Positions 38,339 through 49,384 of a stretch of 64,000 nt of DNA are shown piece by piece. Under the pieces are notes generated by a model. The model made no database searches. It saw nothing but the letters and a program-made list of their open reading frames with translations, and had not been told where the DNA came from. The translations under genes were made by a program, and so were the position numbers. Position 1 is the first letter of the stretch. Each line of letters starts with the position of its first letter. This stretch comes from Paraspadella gotoi (taxonomy: Eukaryota > Animalia > Chaetognatha): assembly GCA_051294375.1 (NCBI GenBank), contig CM119266.1:23198413-23262412 (forward strand), read 5' to 3'.

Positions 38339-38455
38339 GGGGGGGTGGGGACAGGAGGCCAGTGGGGGGCCCGCAATTTCTCTCGCCGCCCCTGACTGTC
38401 GTACATTTCGACCCAATTATGACTAATAACGACCAAATCCGTTCAAACCTTTCAG

Positions 38456-38646
38456 CCGTGTTTGTTTTTGGGATTGGATTGGGAGACATTTCGTCTTCTG
38501 ATTGGAAAGCGAACATGTTCCTGCTCATCGTCATTCTCATGTCGAGCCTTATGAAGTCGCTGATTTTAGCACAGTTCGCGTCGCCAATTATCGACGAGGA
38601 GGCCGTCAACTATGATCTGTATTGCAGAATCAGAAACGAAAAAAAG
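38456..38646 (+). CDS. Exon of CNGK-like channel: selectivity filter and S6
   Basis: TTTCAG acceptor (phase 1). Reads (A)VFVFGIGLGDISSSDWKANMFLLIVILMSSLMKSLILAQFASPIIDEEAVNYDLYCRIRNEKK. AAG/GT donor, phase 0. Confidence 0.8.
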
Positions 38647-38932
38647 GTCTACAAATTTCTGTTTGCTTTTTATTATTGTTTAGGGTTTTATATTTTTTCA
38701 TTTGTAATTTTTTTTATCTATGTACCTTTTTTGGTTTGAGACAAAAATATGACTTTAGAGATCCTTCTGGAGAATTAGAAGCATTCAATATTTGTATATA
38801 TACCTTAAGCACTTTATGCTTAAATAGTTCATTTTAAAAAAAATTATTTGAATTTGTCAATATTAATCATAAATATTTTTTTACATTAAACAAGAGAAAC
38901 ATGTAATTAATGTTCATGTTTTTGGTTGACAG

Positions 38933-39178
38933 TATCTGAAAGATTTCAAGATGGAAAAGCAACTCGTCCAAAGCGTTGAGACAACAGAAGAGATTCAAAT
39001 GTCGTCTAATTCCAATATATTAATGTCACAAAAGTACAAGTTACCGGAAACGATGTTTCATCACTTGATGTATAAAGCTTGTGAAGATCTTTTCAAACGT
39101 ATGGGTATATATGACAAATACTCAATTGGTGCACTCAAGCTTTTAGCTTCACAACTTATTGAGAAGGCAATTCCTCAG
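38933..39178 (+). CDS. Exon of CNGK-like channel: C-linker
   Basis: CAG acceptor and CAG/GTAAGG donor, both phase 0. Reads YLKDFKMEKQLVQSV...KLPETMFHHLMYKACEDLFKRMGIY...LLASQLIEKAIPQ. Confidence 0.8.
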
Positions 39179-39248
39179 GTAAGGTTTTGTTTGTATATTT
39201 CATTTCATATGCATTTTGTAGTTTTTAACCCTTTCATTCACATATTAG

Positions 39249-39400
39249 GGAGAAATATTAGTAAGAGATGGTGACATCGTTTCCGGTTATGTTATAGTTA
39301 AGGAAGGATTTGTAAGACTCACTGGTTGCGCGGGAACAACCCTGAAGAAAGGAAGAGCCTCGATAAAATCCAAACGAAGAATGAATTCGTCCGTTTTCAG
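39249..39400 (+). CDS. Exon of CNGK-like channel: N-terminal strands of the CNBD
   Basis: TAG acceptor after a 70-nt intron. GEILVRDGDIVSGYVIVKEGFVRL matches the CNBD GE.I..EGD....Y.I..G.V pattern. AG/GT donor. Confidence 0.8.
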
Positions 39401-39437
39401 GTACATTCTCGTGAACTTGAATTTAAAAACGTATTAG

Positions 39438-39590
39438 TGTTTGCGTAGTAGACTTCCAAAGTAATGACGACAGAAATCAGCCTGAAGAACAACCTCAACA
39501 AAAATCAAGAAAAAAAAAAGTTTTACCTCTTTCCATTTTCCAGTCAATCGCAAGACTTAACAGTGGAAGAACCAACTGTAATCATATCAG
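39438..39590 (+). CDS. Probable exon encoding a low-complexity insertion within the CNBD (5' boundary uncertain)
   Basis: Ends ...DLTVEEPTVIIS G/GTATAA in phase 1, matching the 42077 exon. The 5' part only joins if there is an indel in the poly-A run near 39510. Confidence 0.4.
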
Positions 39591-39719
39591 GTATAAAAAT
39601 AGCTATGAATAATAATATTCATAGGATTTATAATTTATTTTCCATAAACGAAAATTCCAAGATCTTAACTTTAACTCAAATATTTAATCCTCGTTAATAA
39701 TCTCTTACCTAATATTTAA

Positions 39720-41229
39720 GACACAATGAAAAATAACGTGGCGAAACGGTCTTGGGCTGATTCTGTCCCTTTAAATTGTTTCTGAGCCAAATTAATTGAT
39801 TGTTACTTTTGGTAATATGTGCAATATACACTACTGGACATTACTGTATCTGACCATAACCCTTGACCATCAACAAAAAAGCTAACTAGATCAAAAATAG
39901 TAAAAAAGATAAAGCAATAAAGCTCGAAACGCTTACAAAATTTTAGACCATTGCTTTTATAAATGCAAAAAGAATATTAATATTATTAAAAAAAAACCTA
40001 ACAATAACCTAATAGTTAACCGAGACCAAGATGAATATTTTTTACCCATCATTTTTTCAATTTATATGAATCATTAGCTTGTAATTAGTCAATTAATCTA
40101 AATAACAATATGACAAATTCATTTTCAATTCTTTTTATGAATGGGAAGTTTTTTCTGTTTACTCCTCTTGTGTCTAATCATTTAATATTTTAAAGGTATT
40201 TTTTAAAACCTTATATAATTACTATAATTTTCACTTTTTTTCAATTCTTTGAAACAAAAACAACATTATAAAAATATTTTAAATTAATAAAAAAAATGAT
40301 TGAATGATTTTCAAAAAAAATATTTTGAAACTTAAGAATAATGGATTTTGAGTTAGGAAAACAATTTTGCAATTCTAAAAAAATCAGCCTCGAGCCTTTC
40401 AATTTTTCTAGAGGCTGATTTTTTAATTTTTTTGATATTTTTATTTTATATGCAAAAACATTATTCTCAATGAGCATAGGTCGGACGAACTTTTTTTTCA
40501 ATAATTCAAAAAAATTTCAACTTTTTTAATTAGGCTTTTTTGGGGAAATAAATAATACGATGGGTACATCTGAAAGTGATATGTCTCTAAATGAATAAAA
40601 AAATTTCTTCAAGTTTTATTTTGAAATTTAAGTATTGTACCAATAGAAATAAGTGAGATACTCCCGCTTTTCCGAAATTTTTATTTAACAAAGATTTGTA
40701 CTGCGTATTTTTAAAAAAATTATTTTTTAAAATAACTTTTGAAAGAAAAGAGGTAGCAAGGTAGGTGTGGTATCAAATTAAAGCCCTAACCATGGGACAG
40801 CTTTCTAAAAGAATTTTATTAAATTAAATCCATAAATCTTTACATAGCTTTTGTTTAAATCAGAGTTAAAAGTTTAACAGTTTTTTGCTTTAAAAATTCT
40901 AATGAAGGCATATGAAATTTTTTATTTTTCTTTTGTAATTTAAAAAAGGAAAGACTGAATTACATTTTGATTACTATTAAATTTTTTTATTCAATAAAAT
41001 TGCGTATATTTTTCAGTTAAAGTAGACATGATGCGATAATCCTTTCTTTTAAAGTTAAAGTAAAAAACAAGCAAAAATTTATGTTGTAGCTTGATAAAAT
41101 GTCTTTTTAAATATAAAAAATGATGAATACAGAAATGTTTTCAGCTTGATATAAACAGTCTGAACGTCTACTTTCTTGTCTGTAAAAAAATTATCATTTT
41201 TCATTATCTTTAACTGCAAATAAAAAGCT
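39720..41229 (+). repeat. ~1.5-kb interspersed repeat (direct copy at 61590-63225), interrupted by the TRIM
   Basis: Long colinear similarity from CAATGAAAAATAACGTGGCGAAACGGTC to AACTGCAAA.AAAAAGCT. Confidence 0.75.
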
Positions 41230-41873
41230 TGAAGAGACAGTAATTATTGTTATTTGTTAGTGAGAGAACTGTTCAATATAAGCAGTCCCTGATCTTCGGA
41301 TCAGGCTGTAACACCATGTTACAGGCGGGTTAAGCGCCCCGTCCCTCTTAACTGCCAGACGACCACCGGGTTAGAACCCCGGACCTTTGGGTTGGGAGGC
41401 GAATGACTTGCCTCTCGCACTAATGGTCGCTGATGAACGGTTGGTGGATTTTAGTCCACCATACATCCCCCCCTCCCGTAGGGAGAAGTCTGTTGCGTCT
41501 CTTCAGTGTAATGTTGTTGTTGGTGGAATGTTTGTCACCAAGTTGAGGCATGTCGCCTGATGTGTTGTTGGCGGAAAGTGCATCACCAGGTTGAGGCATG
41601 AAAGTGTTGTTGCTGCTGTTGTGTTCGGAAGTCGGGCTCACCAATGAAGAGACAGTAATTATTGTTATGAGTTAGAGATAAAACCATTCAATATAAGCAG
41701 TCCCTGAGCTTTGGATCAGGCTGTAACACCGTGTTACAGGCGGGTTAAGCGCCCCGTCCCTCTTAACTGCTCGGCGGCCACCGGGCTAGAACCCCGGACC
41801 TTTGGGTTGGGAGACGAATGACTTGCCTCCGGCACCAATGGCCGCTGATGAACGGTTGGTGGATTTTAGTCCC
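41230..41873 (-). mobile_element. TRIM (miniature LTR retrotransposon) with tRNA-like modules in both LTRs
   Basis: Minus strand: LTR 41873-41645 (extreme 5' end damaged), PBS TTGGTGAGCCCGAC, ~180-bp non-coding interior, PPT GGGAGGGGGGGATG, LTR 41463-41230 (TATGG...CTTCA). Confidence 0.85.
41774..41845 (-). ncRNA. tRNA-like module (CCC anticodon, Gly-like) inside the TRIM LTR; probably not a functional tRNA
   Basis: 72 nt. Perfect 7-bp acceptor stem GCGGCCA/TGGCCGC, T-arm CCGGG-GTTCTAG-CCCGG, loop CTCCCAA, A-box-like TGGTGCCGGAGG. D and anticodon stems pair poorly. Confidence 0.65.
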
Positions 41874-41877
41874 CAAT

Positions 41878-42012
41878 AACATCAATCATTTGGTTATCAT
41901 AACATCGATCATTTGGATATCATCGCATCAATTATTGGTTATCATCGCATCAATATTTGGTTATCATCGCATCAATCCTTTGGTTATCATCGCATCAATA
42001 TTTGGTTATCAT
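41878..42012. repeat. ~22-bp minisatellite (TTGGTTATCATCGCATCAAT..)n
   Basis: About 6 tandem copies. Confidence 0.85.
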
Positions 42013-42076
42013 TGAAGGGAGGCTCGATCCTCTTCATTTAAGATTTTTTTTCTATTATTTTTTATAATGTTACAAG

Positions 42077-42294
42077 AAAAGCCAAAGAAAAGAAAAGGAG
42101 AAAACCCATCTATCGGCTCGTCCATTGGAACAGTTCTCAATGATGGTTCCTTGGAATTTGGCCCTGGGACGTGTTTAGGATGTCCAGAAATACGACCAGG
42201 CTCAAAACTGAGCGCATTTATTCACATTTGGAGGGGAACCATTCGCGTATCTGATCACACTGTAGTGATGATTCTTCGATTTGAAAGCATAGAG
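42077..42294 (+). CDS. Exon of CNGK-like channel: C-terminal CNBD strands / phosphate-binding cassette region
   Basis: ORF 42067 reads LEFGPGTCLGCPEIRPGSKLSAFIHIWRGTIRVSDHTVVMILRFESIE. GAG/GT donor, phase 0. Confidence 0.7.
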
Positions 42295-42708
42295 GTACAG
42301 TATGAAATAGAAAATTCATTATATTCATCGGAAACATTAAGTTATAACTATGAAAAATGAAGCAAGCCCATACAATAGAATGTTACAATCTAGGAAAAAA
42401 GATATAACATTTTTAATAAAGGATATCTATTCAAAAACTTAGTTGATTTTAAAAAAATCAGAATGTTTCCGGATCGACATTGAATTTTTTTTCAGTAGCT
42501 TCCTTCTTTTTTTTTTTGTAGGTCAAATTGTTTAAAAGTTACTGGCAAAAAATATTGTTACTTCAAATAAAAAATGACAAAAAAATCATATTTAATTTTC
42601 CTTCATTTTTGGTATTTAGTTATTTGTTTTTATTTTGAATAGAGTTAGTTATTTTTTATTTTTTTTTAATTTGGCAATGCTAAAGGCTTTGCACCTTTTT
42701 TTTTGTTA

Positions 42709-42882
42709 AAAAAAGCGCTAGAAAAGAGGGAAAGATATGCAACATCAACATCGGGTCTAAAAAGAATTGTGTTAAAGATATGGAAAAACATTTCACTGTC
42801 ATACCTCAATTTGCTGTATGAGAGCATGCCCAGACGAATGCAGGCAATAGTTAATGCCGAGGAAAGGCATACCAAATATTAA
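42709..42882 (+). pseudogene. Tc1/mariner transposase C-terminal fragment
   Basis: KIWKNISLSYLNLLYESMPRRMQAIVNAEERHTKY* matches the Tc1 terminal L..SMP.R..AVI.A.G..TKY motif. Confidence 0.8.
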
Positions 42883-44085
42883 GAATGTTTTACCCATATT
42901 TTGTATACTTTTTATTAGGGTTACGATAACCGTTAACGGTTATTAACGGTTAAAAATAATTTTAACCTAACCGTTAATATATTTATTTTAACGGTTAAAT
43001 TCGGTTAATTACTAATACTAATCTCCTTTTGTACCTTTCTTTTTCTTTCTTTCTTTTCCCCTCCCTCTTTCCCCCTTTCTTTTCTCTCCTTTTTTTCTCC
43101 CTTTTTTTTACCTTTTTCATTTTTTTTCTTCCCTTCTAGTGTTTTTTTTTCTTACTTATTTTCTCCCAATTTTTTTTTCGTTTTTCCTTTCAATTAATTT
43201 TATGCATTTACATCAAAGAATATATTGAAATATAATATATATGCACATGCAAATAGTTGCATACATTTTCTTGCAAATTAAATTCTTATTTAAAATAATA
43301 TATCTTATTTTGCTATTTTTTTATTTCACTCTTTAAACAAACAAAGAAGCAAATGAAATAAAACCAAAATGAATGAAAAAATTATTAAAAAAACTAAATA
43401 AAAATAAATGTAATAAAAAAAAATTAATAATAGAAGGAACTAATCTTAAAATGGACATTAAGGCTAACTAAAACTATCCTTCAATCATGATATATTTTTT
43501 AATAAAACTGAAAAAAATATTTAATAATCAATAAATTTTGGATCAATCGATCAATCAAACTTTCAATCAAAAAATTATTATTCATAATTTATATTTATGG
43601 TTATGGCTTATAAAAAAATAAAAACAAAACAAGCGTTCAAGAAACTAACAACTAAAAAAATAAGGAAGAGATATAATGAAATAAAAAGAGATATAGAGAG
43701 AAAGAAAAAAACAAAACATAGAATTAGAATTACATTGTGGTTTTTCTTTCTTTGTTCTGTTTATATATTTTTTATTATGCTATTAGGCAAAAAAAAGTTT
43801 TGTAAGTAAGATTTATCACGATGCATTATCTAATTAGCTAAATTATCATAGTTTGCAAAATTATCAAAATTATCAAAATTATCAAAATTATCAAAATTAT
43901 CAAAATTATTATAGTTTTCAAAATAGTTTGCTCAAACCAATTTTTCATTTACTAACTAAAATGTGTACCTATCTATCTGAAATAGAAGATAAAAAAGATT
44001 CAGGAGCAAGGGTTAAAGATAAAATATTATTAAATACTTTAGTTTGATTTAAATAATAATATTTTAAATTTAAAGTTAAATTATA

Positions 44086-44325
44086 TATTGTGTATAGACT
44101 TTCGATTTCATTGTGTTTCGAATTTAGAGAGGAAAACAATTTATTTGTTTTGTTTCAACAAATTATTAGGACATTTTTTAGGACATGTTTCAACTCTACA
44201 ATTCGTCTTCATCAGCATTGCAGCAGCATTGCTGATGAAGACTCTAATTGTAGACTCAAAACATGTCCGAAAAAATGTCCTAAAAATTCGTTGAAACAAA
44301 ACAAATAAATTGTTTTCCTCTCTAC
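44086..44325. mobile_element. Penelope-like inverted pLTR pair with hammerhead motifs
   Basis: ~95-bp inverted arms. Hammerhead core on the minus strand at 44181-44217 (CTGATGA-AGAC..GTT-GAAA-CATGTC) and a mutated core on the plus strand at 44232-44268. 13-bp duplication AAGTTAAATTATA. Confidence 0.75.
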
Positions 44326-44391
44326 AAGTTAAATTATAAAATTAACCGATTTTAACGGTTAACCGTTAAAAATATTAGTTTTAACGGTTAA

Positions 44392-45208
44392 GAAAAAGGG
44401 TCATTCAATTCAACTTCAAAATAGGCTAAAATAGAGTAAAATTTAGAAAGCTGAGCTCCTGGCGATTCCGAAAATGCATTCACTTTAAGCATTTGATGCA
44501 TTCTACTCCATTTTATATCGGTTTTAATTATAAAATAAAAGAAACCTATCTGAAGAGTTGCAGGTCAAACGAAAAGGCCAATCCATCTGATATTTTTTAT
44601 GAATTCTTTATTACTGAATTAGAAAAATGTAATAGAGAGACATTTTTAAATTTCAACTTGTATCCTTGAATGAAAATGAAACGTTTTTAAACTTTAACCC
44701 TGAATTCTTTCTAACTGGAACGTGTTTATCAAAATGTCTCTCTATTACATTTTTAAAAATGTTTTTAAGATTTCTAATCAAATTTTTAAATCAATATTAT
44801 TGCAGTCGTTTAGGCTGCAACTCTTCAAATTCAGTGTAGATTCATTGTAGCTCGAATTTCTTTACCATCTATTTAACTGAAGATTTTGTTCATGACTGAA
44901 AACCAACTGAGTAACGAGATTAATTGTTTAATTCTCCCCTTCTAACTATCCCATACCGTGTTTTAACTTCTTACCTAGAATTTTTTAACAACCAGATTGA
45001 AAAACAAATCTTTAAAAAAATGTGCTTACCCATTTAATTTAACAATTTTGTTTATTTACCCATTTTAAAAAAAATTTTTGAAAACAGAATGAACACAAAT
45101 AAATAAGAACTTATTTTTTTGTGATTACTGATGACTATAATGTATTTCTCGATATATTAGCTCTAACACATCAATGATTACGTATTGTTATGGTGAATGA
45201 CCTTTCTC
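44392..45208 (+). mobile_element. Complete TTAA-targeting non-autonomous transposon (Kolobok-like)
   Basis: TTAA on both sides, imperfect TIRs GAAAAAGGGTCATTCA / TGAATGACCTTTCTC. Purine termini rather than the piggyBac CC. Confidence 0.75.
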
Positions 45209-45989
45209 TTAAGCGAAATTTCTCAAAATTAATGGTTATCGGAACCCTACTTTTTATTGAATAAATGAATTTTGTTATATACTTTTTTCCTAGATAGTAT
45301 TATAAAATGTTATAATTAGAACTTAGATCGCTTGAGATGCGCTGGAGAAATTCTATGAATCAATTTTCAGTCGGTCGGTCGGTCAGTATGTAGTCGGGCA
45401 TTGCTTAAGTTCCGAGCGTTGCGTTCCATCCACAGTCATAACGACTTCCCTCTGCATTGGCAAAGCGAGACCGAAGCCCCAAAGCCAACAGTGAGTTGCC
45501 CCATCCCAATTAAGGTTGAACTTCGGCAAAGCTTTTTTCTTAAATAGGTAATAGACAATTTTTTGGTTTACCTAGTAGTTAACTGAATAAAAGTAGGCAA
45601 TTTTAATTGAGGAAAGGATCTTTAAAACTATGATATAACTGATAAACTTATGATCTAATTTGCTAAGATTTAAAAGGGAAAGGTTATCTTTAATAATTTG
45701 AAGCCAAATGATATTAAATTAAATATTGTAGTCTAATTGTATTCTATTGTAGTCTTACCTAGTCTTGTATAGATGCTCCCTCTATTTCCAGAAGACAACA
45801 CTGACCTCCCCCTCCCAAAATGAGTTATTACTTATTAGATATAATAAGCAAATAATATTTTTAAAAAGTAATATATATATGATTAAATAATATAGTTTAA
45901 ATAGTAATTGTGTATAGACTTTTGATTTTGATGTGTTTCGAATTTAGGAAAACAATTTATTTGTTTTGCTTCAACGAATTTTTAGGACA

Positions 45990-47871
45990 TTTTTAGTCGG
46001 ATCTGCTTATCAGCAGATCCCGACTCTATAACTCACTTTTTCGGTCCGTCGGTCCGCCCCCTCAATATTGTCGGGCACACACTTATATCATGTCAGAACA
46101 TCGAATTATGATAAATTATGCAAAAAAAACGATGTCCGTCCGTCCGTCTGTCCGTCGTCCGTCCGTCCGTCCGTCCGTCCGTCCGTCCGTCCGTCCGTCC
46201 GTCGTCCGTCCGTCCGTCCGTCCGTCCGTCGTCCGTCCGTCCGTCCGTCCCACCTTAGCAAAAAACTCCAATTACTCGTGATTGGGATGGATTGGTATGA
46301 AATTTGTGTGTGGGTAGGAAACAGTGTGATTGAGATGGATATGAAGTTTTGAGGGAATCGTGCGAGTGGAAATTGGTTTAAATGGAAAAAAACAAAAAAA
46401 ATTATATTTCACTATTTGAACGCCAATTGCTCATGAGTGGATAGGGCAATTGACTTGAAATTTTGTATGATGGTAGGGAAGTGTGAGATTGAGCTGGATA
46501 TAAAGTTTCGATGGAATCGTGCGAGTGGAAATGAGTTAAAATGGAAAAAACAAAAGTCATATTTACTTAAAGTATTTTTACTTAAATTACTCATAATTAT
46601 TATGTTATTAAAAATTGGATAGATAAATCGAAATGGAATTTTGTGTGTGGGTAGGAAAGTATGTGATAAAGCTGGATATAAATTTTTTGATGGAATCGTA
46701 GGAGTGGAAAAGAGTTCAAATTAGAAAACCAAAAGACACATTTATTTGAATTTTTTAAAGTTTCTCTCTCTCTCTCTCTCTGATTGATTGATTGATGATT
46801 GATTGATTGACCAAATTATGCCAATTGACAAAATATGCCAGTTGACCAAATTCCTAAAGTTCACCAAATTATGCCAGTTGACCAAATTCTGCAAGTTGAT
46901 CAAGTTCTGCAAGTTGACCAAATTATGCCTGTGACAAATTATGCTGTTGACCAAATCATGCAGTTGACCAAATTATGCCAGTTGACCAAATTATGCTAGT
47001 TGACCAAATTAGGCAAGTTGATAAAATTATGCCAGTTGACCAAATTATGCCGGTTGACCAAATTATCTTAATTGATCAAATTATGTCAGTTGACCAAATT
47101 ATGTCAGTTGACCAAATATATGTCAGTTGACCAAATTATGTCAGTTGACAAATTATGTCAGTTACTACCAAATTATGTCAGTTGACCAAATTATGCAAGT
47201 TGATTAAATTATGCAAGTTGAACAAGTTAGCTTATTACCAACTTAATTATCGATTGACCTGGAATTTTGTATGTGAGTAGAAAGTGTGTGATTGAACAGG
47301 AAACCAAGTTTCGATGGAATCTTTTGAGTGGAAATGAGTTTAAATGGAAAAAAACAAAAACCTGTTTCACTAATTGATTATGATTCTTTTTCCTTTTATA
47401 TTAAATGTATATGCAGGATGTATTAATAAATCAAATAATTAATCAGTTAATTAATCAATTAGTTAATTAATTAATAATAATTAATTAATCAGTCAATCAA
47501 TCCGTCTATCCGTCCCACCTTAGAAAAAAGCTCCATAACTCGTGATTGGCTGGTTGGATTGGAAAGAATTTTGTGTGTGGGTAGGAAAGTGTGTGATAAG
47601 CTGGATATAAAGTTTCGACGGAATCATGTGAGTTTAAGAGGAAAAAAACATAAGTCGCATTTACTAAAATATTTTTAATTATTTTTAACCAATAAGTACT
47701 CTAATTAATCATAATTGGATGGATAGATTGAGTTCAAATTTTTTGTGTGGGTAGAAAAATGTGTAACGATGCTTGATATAAAGTTTCGGTGGAAACGTAC
47801 GAGTGGAAAATGAGTTTAAATGGAAAAAAACATAAGTTACATTTACTTGAATCTTTATTAATTTATGAGAG

Positions 47872-47930
<59 letters not shown>

Positions 47931-48008
47931 CAGAAAATGAGCATAGGATCGTCGCAATTGCAAAGAGAGAGAGAGAGCAGAAAAATGAGCATAAGGATCG
48001 TTGCAATT

Positions 48009-48043
<35 letters not shown>

Positions 48044-49381
48044 AAGAAAGAGAGAGAGTCCGAAATAATGTCCGAAGTAATTTACATTGTTAATCAACCA
48101 AATGTAGAAGCAATTGAGATACAAACGGCATTGAACGGCATTGAAAGGCATTGAACGGCATTGAACGACATAGAAACGCATGGAACGGCATTGAACGCTG
48201 GACTATAAAAAAGATAATATAAACGAATTAATAAAAACCTTAATATAAAATTAAATCAAGTAAAGAAACATTAAAACAAACCTGCTTCACGCTCGTAAAG
48301 CTTGAGAACTACTAATATAATTCTTACTTTCTCTCACAAAGGTAAGTTTCTTCACTTAGATATATAGTAAACGTTTTAGGCAAAAAGAGCAACGATTTTT
48401 GGGAAACTTGAAACAACGGAAATATTTTAACAGGGTTCTTGTAGAGCTTAAGAAGTTAAATGAAAGTTAGTACTATAATTTTTTCAAATTTTGACAATAA
48501 ATTGGTTAAAAATAGAAAAAACCTTAAAAAATTATCATCATCATCATTATTGGCGGAATTTATTTTTTTAATTTTTCATAAATAAAAAAAAAAGTTGTAT
48601 AATAACCTTTATCTAACTTTTAAAGCTCTATCAGAATCTATAAAAAAAATTGATAAGCAAAATTTTAAAAATTATTTTCATTTTCATATTATTTAATAGT
48701 CGCTTAACCATTAACCATTAACCATTTGGAGAGAACTTCAAGTTTTCAACCTGTTCCGGCCTAATATCTAGTAAGGCGGGCCAAAATTGAACACTTTTTC
48801 TAACTCCTAGTTCTCTTTAAAATTTTTTTTCCTTTTACTACTAAATCGATTTTCAATGTAACTTTTTGATTTAGTTCATTGGGTTGTTGCACTGAAGCTT
48901 TTAAATATTTATTAATATATAATAATTATATAAAGTTTTTGACGGAATTGTGCCAGTGGAAATGAGTTTAGATGGAAAAAACATAAGTCACATATACTTG
49001 AATCTTTAATATTAATGATTACTAATAAATGTTTTAATTAATTAATTAGTTAATTAATTAATTAATTAATGTGAAAAAATGATGCAAGTTAAAAAAATCT
49101 TAAAAGCATAAAGATCGTCGCAATTGCATAAAAAGAGAGAGAGAGTGAGAGAGACAAGGAGACATAAAATAAAATAAAGGATATTTGTTTGTTTTGATAA
49201 AATGCAAACAAAACATATTTAATAACTGTCCTAACCCAATTTTAAGGACATCGATGATGATAAGTTGAATATAAATTTAAAATTAATTATTACATATTAA
49301 ATTAATTAAATAATTAATTAATCGATTAATTAATTAATTAATTATCGTAAGCAGATCCGACATTGTTTGCTCAAACTTGTT
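45990..49381 (+). mobile_element. Composite DINE-1/Helentron-like family A element, ~3.4 kb
   Basis: Both termini present, long (CCGT)n, 18-bp array at 46805-47220, (GA)n and (CGGCATTGAA)n at 48123-48198. Confidence 0.75.
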
Positions 49382-49384
49382 TTT

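Larger units (their letters stand above)
42916..45249. mobile_element. Non-autonomous hAT-like transposon with nested insertions
   Basis: TAGGGTTACGATAACC...GGTTATCGGAACCCTA TIRs, 8-bp TSD CTTTTTAT (42908-42915, 45250-45257), subterminal TAACCGTTAA repeats. Confidence 0.85.

Noticed and set aside
41774-41845. Functional tRNA-Gly(CCC) gene
   Set aside because: Anticodon and D stems do not pair, and copies vary freely within a mobile repeat; kept only as a tRNA-like module.
41825-41873. Hammerhead in the TRIM LTR (CTGATGAACGG)
   Set aside because: No GAAA or stem II partner follows the CTGATGA.
44392-45208. piggyBac assignment for the TTAA element
   Set aside because: Termini begin GA rather than CC; Kolobok-like fits better, though no transposase is present to confirm.
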